DNA of 58,331 bases, from assembly GCA_964516425.1 (NCBI GenBank), contig CAZFAM010000006.1, forward strand, positions 1 to 58,331, given 5' to 3'. Below the pieces are notes generated by a model that searched no databases, was not told the DNA's origin, and worked only from the letters and a program-made list of their open reading frames with translations. Source of the stretch: an uncultured Bacteroidales bacterium. Lineage in GTDB: Bacteria > Bacillota_I > Bacilli_A > ML615J-28 > CAG-698. Position 1 is the stretch's first letter; every line of letters starts with the position of its first letter. Both the position numbers and the translations under genes were made by a program. Positions 30,712-39,719 of the stretch are shown in pieces.

Positions 30712-33264
30712 TTATCCAACTTTATACCAATAATTTAATGATGTATCATATGAAATTGTAATTGATAATGCGTCAGCACTATAATAGAATTTATTATAAT
30801 TGATTTGATTAGAATCATTAATTGCAATAAATATATTACCAAAGAAAGCATATCTTTGATTATTATAAGTGATAGTATGATCATTATTTACTGTACATTC
30901 GTAACAATTAATTGTAGATACATCATAAAAATCTTCATTAACATAGAAGAAATAAGTTTTATCATTGCTTGTTAAAATACCAGTATTAATATCATATTCA
31001 CCAACTATGTCGATATTATTAGTAGAATCGTATGCATATGCAATATTATGGGAAATTAGTGGACGAGCATAGAAAATGGAATTATTTTTTCCATTACTAT
31101 CATCAGCATATACTGAAGGAATTAAATCCAAAGCATAGGTTTGAACGTTACAATTATAATTTTTTAATTTCGCAAATGGATTTTCATTTGATGAATAAGT
31201 AATAGTGTGTTTCTGTTTATTTGTATCAATATATCCGATTTCATTAAAATCAATAAGTCCTGATAATTGATACTTTTCAGAATTATCTTCAGTAAAATAT
31301 ATGGTACCATTACATAAAACTTTTGCTTTACCAAAATATTTATTAATTAATACATTATCCCAAAAATTATTTATATAAAATACGCCATCAGCTTTTACAT
31401 AAGTATTATTTTTAATTAAAGTACCATTAGAGTGATTATACTTGTATACGCTTGTTTCTAAAACAGATAATGAGCCATAATATGTTGTTTTATCAACTGT
31501 TTGAGATGTGAATATTAATGAACTAGTATTATCTAAATATATATTAACACCAGGGAGTAATTTGATTTTTTGAGCAATTTTAATACTTGAATTATTATAA
31601 GCATTGAAATCTATAAATGGGCTAATTGGGAAATTCATAGATATTGTGTTAATATCAGCTGTAACTCCGACACTAGTTTTAATACTTAAATTAATATAAG
31701 ATAATTCTAAATTGCACTTACTAATGTCAAAGATTAATTTTCCGTCATAACAATTATTTGATAAATAATTATCTGTACTTAATTCAGGTATTTTTTGATA
31801 GTTCATAGTTATAGAACCATCTTTAGTTTCGTTTGAAAGCTTAAATAAAAAATCATCTGTTGTTCCTAAAACATTTAAAGTTAATAATATTTTTTTTAAA
31901 CCACCAGTCAAATCCAGTTTAGAGTTTATGTTAGATACTGGATTTAAACTAATATAGCACTTGAAATTTCCCCATCCATTATCATCTTGTATCAATTTTG
32001 TTGTACATTGCAGATATGGCATATTATAAACTTGGAAAGGGCAGATATCTGCACTATTTTGGTTATTTGTTGAAGTGCCCCCTTTATAGTCATATATTAC
32101 CGCAATAGAAGTTAATGTGCCTGTTCCATTTACAATGATTTCACCAGTGCCTACACTATCCATAATGAATCCATAACTATTTAATGTGCCATTAACTGTA
32201 ATAGTATGACCATTTAAGTCTAAACATACAAATTCTCTTAAATTACTTTGGATATGAGTATTATTTCCACTTCCGTAAAAACCACCCAGTAATAAAGAAC
32301 CATTAACATCTATTATTAAATCACAATCTAAAATTATTTTATAGTGACATTTATGAGTGCTATGAAATGGAGTACAAATATTATTTGAATCGCCTATTTC
32401 TGCTTGTTTTGATTCAGATCCATCATTTAAACAAAATTTGATATTATTTGAAATTGTTATAGTTTCATTTTCCGTTCCATTTCCTAGCCTAATTGAATTA
32501 TCTTGTGAAAAGAAGGTTTTGTCTAGCCTAATATTATATTTTTCTGTTTGATGATCTAAATATATTGATGCATCTGTTGTTTCTTGAATAACATCAGTAA
32601 TACTATTTTGAGAAATTCCATCTCCACTTGTGCTATTAAAATATGCATATATTTCAGTATTGTTATTAAATACTGTATCACTAGTTATGGCATTTTCGTT
32701 TACATCACAAAAACCTAAAAATGTATAATCAGAGATATCCTTTGTAACAATTGCTTTGGCATTGTCATATGAGAAATTAGCACCTTTTTTCATTGAAAGT
32801 TCTTGCACTTTTCCATTGTTCTCAGTTGTTGACATAATAGTGATTATTTCTTGCATGTATAATGTATATTTACCATAATAATAAGTATTGATGTATTTTT
32901 GTGATTTAATATCTTGTTCAATTGTTAAATGATATAAATATCCATCAATTATTTTTTCTTGAGTACCTGTTGTTGTTTCAAAACTATTATTATCGCAAAA
33001 AGTTTTAATGTTATCGTACTTTGTTTTGTCGTCATCAGACTTACCGTTAATTGTAACTAAATCTGTTGTATTATTAACAGTCGTTGGTTCTTTCTCACCA
33101 TACGTACGATACTTAATAGTTATTGTAATATCATTATCTGATGTAACAAAATTGGAAGATGTACTATCTCTTGAACTATTACTTATAATCCAAGAGGCAT
33201 AAATTGAAGTAATACTAAAAACTAATAGTAAAATTAAAAAAAGAATTATTTTATTTTTCTTCAT
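30712..33264 (-). CDS. large secreted adhesin-like protein with SipW-class-like signal
   Basis: SITSIYASWII; beta-rich; shares IYDYKGG..ICPF and ADINT..PIS..LPG blocks with 34680-39131; ATG 33264 preferred over GTG 33276. Confidence 0.75.
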   Translation of the reverse strand: MKKNKIILFLILLLVFSITSIYASWIISNSSRDSTSSNFVTSDNDITITIKYRTYGEKEPTTVNNTTDLVTINGKSDDDKTKYDNIKTFCDNNSFETTTGTQEKIIDGYLYHLTIEQDIKSQKYINTYYYGKYTLYMQEIITIMSTTENNGKVQELSMKKGANFSYDNAKAIVTKDISDYTFLGFCDVNENAITSDTVFNNNTEIYAYFNSTSGDGISQNSITDVIQETTDASIYLDHQTEKYNIRLDKTFFSQDNSIRLGNGTENETITISNNIKFCLNDGSESKQAEIGDSNNICTPFHSTHKCHYKIILDCDLIIDVNGSLLLGGFYGSGNNTHIQSNLREFVCLDLNGHTITVNGTLNSYGFIMDSVGTGEIIVNGTGTLTSIAVIYDYKGGTSTNNQNSADICPFQVYNMPYLQCTTKLIQDDNGWGNFKCYISLNPVSNINSKLDLTGGLKKILLTLNVLGTTDDFLFKLSNETKDGSITMNYQKIPELSTDNYLSNNCYDGKLIFDISKCNLELSYINLSIKTSVGVTADINTISMNFPISPFIDFNAYNNSSIKIAQKIKLLPGVNIYLDNTSSLIFTSQTVDKTTYYGSLSVLETSVYKYNHSNGTLIKNNTYVKADGVFYINNFWDNVLINKYFGKAKVLCNGTIYFTEDNSEKYQLSGLIDFNEIGYIDTNKQKHTITYSSNENPFAKLKNYNCNVQTYALDLIPSVYADDSNGKNNSIFYARPLISHNIAYAYDSTNNIDIVGEYDINTGILTSNDKTYFFYVNEDFYDVSTINCYECTVNNDHTITYNNQRYAFFGNIFIAINDSNQINYNKFYYSADALSITISYDTSLNYWYKVG

Positions 33265-33265
33265 A

Positions 33266-33901
33266 TTATTCCTCACCTGTTAACATATAGTTTATTGAAA
33301 ATGTTTCATTAATAAAACTATAATTAAACTGATTTATTTCAAAAAATATTTTGAAAGGCACTTTATATGATGTTTTATTAGGAATAGTAGAATCAAATAA
33401 AGCTAATGAGAATAAAGAGATATATTCTTTTGATTTTAAATGAATAGAAGAATATTTAATAAAATTATTTTCATTAAATATAGAATCTAATTCATATTTC
33501 ATTGTTGGATAATTAACTAATGAAATATAAGCTTTAGAAATCATTTTATCCATTGTCATAGTATTAATATTTAAAGTAAACTTAATAATTAGTGATGAAT
33601 CATATTTTAATTCATTTAATCGTTTATTACTGATGTCTAAAGTAAATTCACCGGCTAAATATTTTTTTGTAGCAATATCTCCTTCACTACTTGATATATA
33701 TTCCATTTGTGATAAAGATCCAAACTCAATACCATAATCATTAAATCCAAGTTGCATACTAACATCTTCTGTAGCAATAGACCCATTTATAGATGAGATT
33801 TCCTCAAATTCAATATTAGTATACCAAGAAGCAAATCCAACGCTTAGAATAGAAAAGAATGATAAAAATAATAGTAAATAGTGCTTTACAATATTTAACA
33901 T
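33266..33901 (-). CDS. secreted protein with SipW-class-like signal (candidate adaptor subunit)
   Basis: ILSVGFASWY...GSIATEDV; SD AAAGGAGA favours ATG 33901. Confidence 0.7.
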   Translation of the reverse strand: MLNIVKHYLLLFLSFFSILSVGFASWYTNIEFEEISSINGSIATEDVSMQLGFNDYGIEFGSLSQMEYISSSEGDIATKKYLAGEFTLDISNKRLNELKYDSSLIIKFTLNINTMTMDKMISKAYISLVNYPTMKYELDSIFNENNFIKYSSIHLKSKEYISLFSLALFDSTIPNKTSYKVPFKIFFEINQFNYSFINETFSINYMLTGEE

Positions 33902-33954
33902 ATAATCTCCTTTCATAAAACTAAACTTAAATAAAAATTAAAAATAAAAGTCAA

Positions 33955-34006
33955 ATTATGGTAAAATTGTAGCTAATTTGCAATTTTATAGCTATTATGA
34001 TATAAT
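33955..34006. promoter_or_regulatory. back-to-back promoters sharing a palindromic -35 box
   Basis: TTGCAA at 33978-33983; plus strand 17 bp then TATAAT (34001-34006, with extended TG); minus strand 17 bp then CATAAT (33960-33955). Confidence 0.6.
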
Positions 34007-34050
34007 AATATATATTTTATAAAGGTTTACATTTATAAAAAGGAGGGTCT

Positions 34051-34677
34051 ATGCGAAGATTAAGAATGCAATATTTCATTTTAATTATTCTTTCATTTAT
34101 GTCAATCATTAGTGTAGGCTTTGCTACATGGGTTACCACAAATGATATTGCTGCTACAGATGAAATAACAGGAATTATAGAAGTAGAAGATGTTTTAAAA
34201 AGTAATGATTATATAACTTGTGAAACAAATCAAATTTCTAAATTTGGATTTTTCAAAACAGGGTTTGTGGATAAAGATGGAAATGTTAGTTCAATTGGAA
34301 AAATTAATATACCAATAATTATAAATATAGAAAATTGCAAAAATAAATTTAAAAATTGTACAGCATTAGAGATTGATTTGAGTTTTGAATCAAAAAACTT
34401 ATATTTATTTAATAGTGAAAATAACTTAACACTTTCAATGACAGTATTAAAAGACGAGTTAGAAATTGAAAGTTCTCAAACATCTAACAATACGACATTG
34501 TTATCTATATTTGATATTTCAAATTTTAATGATTTATCAAATAATATTACAATTTATGCTATATACAATTTTCAAATATTAAATAAAGACTATTTTGTAA
34601 ATACGATTTATCCTGAATTATTAAAAGAAGATTTTAATTTTAATCTTTCCGCAAGATTATCAGGAAAGGTGGAATAA
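34051..34677 (+). CDS. secreted protein with SipW-class-like signal (candidate adaptor subunit)
   Basis: IISVGFATWV...GIIEVEDV; SD AAGGAGG. Confidence 0.72.
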   Translation: MRRLRMQYFILIILSFMSIISVGFATWVTTNDIAATDEITGIIEVEDVLKSNDYITCETNQISKFGFFKTGFVDKDGNVSSIGKINIPIIINIENCKNKFKNCTALEIDLSFESKNLYLFNSENNLTLSMTVLKDELEIESSQTSNNTTLLSIFDISNFNDLSNNITIYAIYNFQILNKDYFVNTIYPELLKEDFNFNLSARLSGKVE

Positions 34678-34679
34678 AA

Positions 34680-37600
34680 ATGTTAAAACATAAATCAAAA
34701 CACTTTTTAATATTTACCTTAATTGGATTATTGTTAACTATAACTGTTGGTTTGTCGGTTTGGATAATCACAAATAAAATAATAATAAAACCTGATTTAG
34801 ATGCTGAAAAAGTAATAATAAAGTATTTGGATAATAATGAAGCAACATATGATGGCAATATTTTATTACCATCAAGTGCTGGAATTGGTTTAACATATGA
34901 AAGCGAAGATTTGATATATTATTATAAATTAAAAGATTCTGAAGAGGAGTATAAACCAGTTGATTTAGATAGTAAAGCAGGCCCAATAAATGTGGGAGTA
35001 TATCAGATAAAAGTTATATATAAGGTAACAAATGATACAACGGAAAATATTGAGGGTCTAGTATTTACAATTAATAAAGCAACTATTGATATGTCTTTAG
35101 TTAAATTTAATACTAAAACAGTAACCTATGATAAACAAAATCATATGATTAATATTGATGGAACTTTACCGACACAAATTAAAAGTGTTAGTTATTATTG
35201 TAATGATAAAGTATTTTCTGGTGCTATTAATAGTGGAACTTATAGTGTTAAAGCAGTATTCGAATATGATACAGTGAATTATAATACTGTAAATGATTTA
35301 ACAGCGACATTAATAATCAATCCTAAAAATATTGGATTAGCAAAAATGTCATTTAAAAACAATGATAAGAATTTATTTAAATACACTGGAAATGAAATAA
35401 GTGATATTAAAAATGATTTTGTTCTTACAGACGATGATAATACAACATTAATTAATGGTGTCGATTATACGGTTGGATTTAGTGAATTAGTTAAAATTGG
35501 TTCATCACATACTATTACTGTAGAAGGTATTGGAAATTATACAGGTGAACTTAAAGGTACTTATATTATTATAGATACAACTCATATTTTAGTTGTTAAA
35601 CAAGATAGTTCTAAAATTGATTCTGGAAATCAATGGGAAGAATTAACATATAATGGTGAAGATCAAAAACCATCTTTAATTATAACTAATGAAGATGGTG
35701 ATCTAATTAGTGATGTTACGATTGAATACGAAATTACACAGCTAAATAGACCAGTAAATGAATCTATACATTATGGCATGTATACTATGCAAGTAACTGT
35801 TTCTAAGGATGGATATACATCAGCAACATGTAAAGCATATTTATTTATTGTTGCAAAAGCAGTTTCAATCAAATGGTCAGAAACTACATCATTTATTTAT
35901 AATGGCTCTCCTCAAGCTCCTACTGCTGAAGTAGTAGATGGTTTAGTAGAGGGAGATAAATGTTTGGTTGTTATAGATACGAGTACTAAACAAATAAATG
36001 CGGGAACAGATTATGTTGCAAAAGTATCTCATTTAATAGATGAAGAATCTAATCAAACAAATTATGATTATAAAGTTCTTGATGATGATGGCACATGTAT
36101 ATTTGATATTCGTAAAGCTGATTTGAGTGGTTATACCGATACAGTTGAGTTATCTTACACATCACCATATATTCAAGGAAATGAAGTTGACGTAGAAACA
36201 AAATCAGGATATACATTGAATGGTGTAACAAAAAGTAATGGCATAGTGGAACAAGTAAATTGCTCAATTACTAATGTTGATTATAGTCGTGCATTATTTA
36301 ATATTAATAATGCGGATAAAATGACTTCCAATCAAACAATATGGATAACATTTACTCCTGAAAATACGAATTATAATAATTACACATATAAAACAAGTAT
36401 TGAAATAAATGCTGTGGCTACGATAGGCAGTACTTACTACGGAACAGTTGAAGCAGCAATTAAAGCGGCTGTAAGTGGTAATGAAATATTTTTAATTGCG
36501 AAAAGAAATCCTGTTTTAAGATCTAATTCAACAATTAAGTCAGGTGTAACATTAAATTTAGTTTATGAAAATAACAAGTTTAATAATAATAGAGAATCAG
36601 CATCAAAAGAAGGTTTTGCGGATAGAGATGAAGCATCAATACAAAATTATCTACAAAATACACTAACTATTGCAAGTGGAGTTGAATTAACCAATTATGG
36701 GACAATTAATATTGATGGTGTAGTTGGAAGTGCAAGCGTGCCGTACGCAGGTCAAACATCTGGTTATTATACGCAAATAGTGATGGGAAGTAATGCTATA
36801 ATTAATAGTTATGATACAATTTATTGTTTAGGATATATTAAAGAAGAAAGCGCAGAAAATGGAAGTCAAGTTAATATTAACAAGGGAACCATTTCAGCTC
36901 CTTTTGTAATATATGATTTTAGAGGAGGAAGCATTTCGTATGCTTTAAACAAGAATGAAATATGTCCTTTTAAGATATTTGATATTCCTAATGTTCAGTC
37001 ATTAATTACTATTAAGTATGGTGCTAAATATGAGATCTTAGTTGATATATATGCAAATAACAGCCATTATAATCAAGATGATTTATATTTAATTGGAGAT
37101 AATTCATCATCTTTATTTATTTTGAGTAAGGGTGATATAACAATTAAATATCATAATAAAGGGGATTATAAAACAAGTACAATGGATATTAATATCAATG
37201 GAACATGCACATCTGGCGGTTTAATTGTGAAAATTCCTGTGCTTAGTTATATTAGTGCTGATATTAACACTGCTGACTATTATTGTCCTATTTCTAATAA
37301 ATTTAAAATTAATATTAATTCTGGTAGTACATTTAATTTTAGTACAAAGTTTGAATTTATGCCGGGAGCCGAAGTAATTATTCATGAAAATGCTATTGCG
37401 AATATAAATGCAAATACTATTTTTTATGTTGATTATGCTGAGCCTAGTGATGCTAACTATATTTATAATGCTACTGGCAAACCTGCGGCTAAGTTATTAG
37501 TGCATGGAACTTGTAATATTACTGCAGAATTTTCAGGCATAATAGTTGCTGGTAATGATAATGCCATATTGTATATTGAAAAAAATCAATGTACGAATAT

Positions 37601-39131
37601 TAAAGATGGAGCAGATAATGCAACAAGTTCAAATGCTTTGTTTGGAGGAGATCCTAAGTATGCAACTAGTGAAGAGGTTACACTTGATGGTAGTGGTACT
37701 TTAATTGCAAAAGGTTTGATTGGTACAGGCAGTAATGAAAATACGCAATTTGAAGCTGGCGGATTTTATGTATCAAAAGATAATTGTTGGATCTCTCAAG
37801 CATCAAATGAAAATAAATATACAGTTATTTATCATTATTATGATATAAATGGTAATGAACAAACAACTTCAAAAGACTATTATATATTTGAAGGAATTAC
37901 GCCGTCTTTTAATGTGATCAGTGTTGAAAATAGAAAATATTACACAAGTGATTTTGATTCTTGGGTTTATCGTGATGACTCTGGTAATGAATTAAAATAC
38001 AATGATAGTTCTATTGTAATATCAAAAGGAAAGACGTATGATTTGTATTTAATAGATGAAATGAAAAACTATACAATTAATTATATAGATGTTAATGGTA
38101 AAGTTGAATTTGATTCATTGACAATTAATATAGATAACTTTTCAACTGTTTCTATTTTGAGTCCAGATAATACAGAGGATAGAACATTTGTGGGATGGTA
38201 TTATACAAATCCATGGACTACAGATGATACTGTGATTACCCCTGGATTAACAGGTGAAAGCAATATTAAGGCTATTATAGATGTAATGGAAGACCAAGGT
38301 ATAACTGAATTAACATTATATGGCAAATATACGACATTATGGTATGTATACTTTATTGTTAATAATGATGAATATACAGAAAGTATTTCATCTATACAAG
38401 TTGAAAACGGAAATCAAATTGTAAATCTTGATTCAATTTCAAATAAATTAATTGAAAAAGAAATAGATACATCATTTACAACATATTTCATCGGATGGTA
38501 TACAAATAAGGAGTGTACTTCAGAGTTTAATAGTGATTCAAAGATTGAAAGCGATATTACTTTATATGCTAAATGGGAAGAGAAGATAGTTTTAGAATAT
38601 TCAGATGGTATTACTTGGTATGTAACACCAGGTTCAACAATTAAATTAAAAGAGTTATTTGAGGAAAGTGATGATTATAAGATAAAATATACATACAAAA
38701 AATGGGTTATTAATGGTTCTAAATATGATGAAAATGCTGAATATCAAGTTCCTGATGATGTTTCTAATAATACAATTAGTGCAGAAGCAGACCATGATTG
38801 TGTATTTTATTATAAGGTGACAATTGAAAATAAGAGTACTGGCAATAAAGTTACTAAAAAATATAGAATTACTTCGATTACTGGAGAGTTATTTGATGGT
38901 GAGACATTTGACTGTTCTGAAAGCGAATCTATTACTGTATATATAAAGTCTGGCTCTACAGTAAATATTGAAATTAGAACAAAAATTGCAAGTGAAAGTA
39001 AATTTACTGTAACTGTATATGATTTATCTGGAAACCAAATTGGTAACAGCATAACACAAGATTCAATAAGGAATTCTAAAACATTAACATTTACAATGCC
39101 AAGTAGTGTAGTAACAGTGTCAACATCTTAA
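34680..39131 (+). CDS. 1483-aa surface adhesin-like protein (MBG-like repeats, central beta-rich domain, InlB B-like repeats)
   Basis: TVGLSVWII signal; repeated TYDG/YNG..Q.P units; FVGWY and FIGWY...ITLYAKWE. Confidence 0.8.
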   Translation: MLKHKSKHFLIFTLIGLLLTITVGLSVWIITNKIIIKPDLDAEKVIIKYLDNNEATYDGNILLPSSAGIGLTYESEDLIYYYKLKDSEEEYKPVDLDSKAGPINVGVYQIKVIYKVTNDTTENIEGLVFTINKATIDMSLVKFNTKTVTYDKQNHMINIDGTLPTQIKSVSYYCNDKVFSGAINSGTYSVKAVFEYDTVNYNTVNDLTATLIINPKNIGLAKMSFKNNDKNLFKYTGNEISDIKNDFVLTDDDNTTLINGVDYTVGFSELVKIGSSHTITVEGIGNYTGELKGTYIIIDTTHILVVKQDSSKIDSGNQWEELTYNGEDQKPSLIITNEDGDLISDVTIEYEITQLNRPVNESIHYGMYTMQVTVSKDGYTSATCKAYLFIVAKAVSIKWSETTSFIYNGSPQAPTAEVVDGLVEGDKCLVVIDTSTKQINAGTDYVAKVSHLIDEESNQTNYDYKVLDDDGTCIFDIRKADLSGYTDTVELSYTSPYIQGNEVDVETKSGYTLNGVTKSNGIVEQVNCSITNVDYSRALFNINNADKMTSNQTIWITFTPENTNYNNYTYKTSIEINAVATIGSTYYGTVEAAIKAAVSGNEIFLIAKRNPVLRSNSTIKSGVTLNLVYENNKFNNNRESASKEGFADRDEASIQNYLQNTLTIASGVELTNYGTINIDGVVGSASVPYAGQTSGYYTQIVMGSNAIINSYDTIYCLGYIKEESAENGSQVNINKGTISAPFVIYDFRGGSISYALNKNEICPFKIFDIPNVQSLITIKYGAKYEILVDIYANNSHYNQDDLYLIGDNSSSLFILSKGDITIKYHNKGDYKTSTMDININGTCTSGGLIVKIPVLSYISADINTADYYCPISNKFKININSGSTFNFSTKFEFMPGAEVIIHENAIANINANTIFYVDYAEPSDANYIYNATGKPAAKLLVHGTCNITAEFSGIIVAGNDNAILYIEKNQCTNIKDGADNATSSNALFGGDPKYATSEEVTLDGSGTLIAKGLIGTGSNENTQFEAGGFYVSKDNCWISQASNENKYTVIYHYYDINGNEQTTSKDYYIFEGITPSFNVISVENRKYYTSDFDSWVYRDDSGNELKYNDSSIVISKGKTYDLYLIDEMKNYTINYIDVNGKVEFDSLTINIDNFSTVSILSPDNTEDRTFVGWYYTNPWTTDDTVITPGLTGESNIKAIIDVMEDQGITELTLYGKYTTLWYVYFIVNNDEYTESISSIQVENGNQIVNLDSISNKLIEKEIDTSFTTYFIGWYTNKECTSEFNSDSKIESDITLYAKWEEKIVLEYSDGITWYVTPGSTIKLKELFEESDDYKIKYTYKKWVINGSKYDENAEYQVPDDVSNNTISAEADHDCVFYYKVTIENKSTGNKVTKKYRITSITGELFDGETFDCSESESITVYIKSGSTVNIEIRTKIASESKFTVTVYDLSGNQIGNSITQDSIRNSKTLTFTMPSSVVTVSTS

Positions 39132-39165
39132 TTTATTAATTCTCATTAATAAATACTCAAAATCA

Positions 39166-39200
39166 AAGAACTAAACCATAAAAAGTTTAGTTCTTTTTTT
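39166..39200 (+). terminator. rho-independent terminator
   Basis: AAGAACTAAAC/GTTTAGTTCTT plus T-tract. Confidence 0.8.
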
Positions 39201-39719
39201 GCATTTTTCTCAAGCATTCATATTTAAAATTCAAAAACATAATAACATTTTACAAGAAATAAAACACAAAATAATATCATTTATTAAAAATACAATATAA
39301 TTTAAATAACAAAAAATATTAAAAAACCACCCCCATATAAAATTTAAAATCAAAACCACTAAAATTAATAATTTTACAAAAATTAAAAAAATATAAAAAT
39401 ATAAAAAAATAAAAGTAATGATAAAATTATAAAAAATTATTAAAAAAATAAAATCATAAAAAATATAAAAATAAAATCCAAAAATTAAATAAAAACAATA
39501 ACAAAAAATAAATGATTTTGTTATTTAATATTTCCCCTTAAATTTTAGTCATAATCTTCTTTTTAATTTTTCATTGCTAATTTTATTTGATGCTTTTTAA
39601 ACCAATTATAAACAAAATTTTGGGTTTTACAAAAAAATATATTAAGCGATTAAAAATTGCTTTTTACAACACAATGTTATATAATATATTTATAAAAATA
39701 TTAAAAAAAGGAGAAAAAA

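Noticed and set aside
33817-34140. Invertible promoter between the two divergent GFAxW genes
   Set aside because: The inverted similarity differs at third codon positions, so it reflects protein conservation rather than DNA inverted repeats
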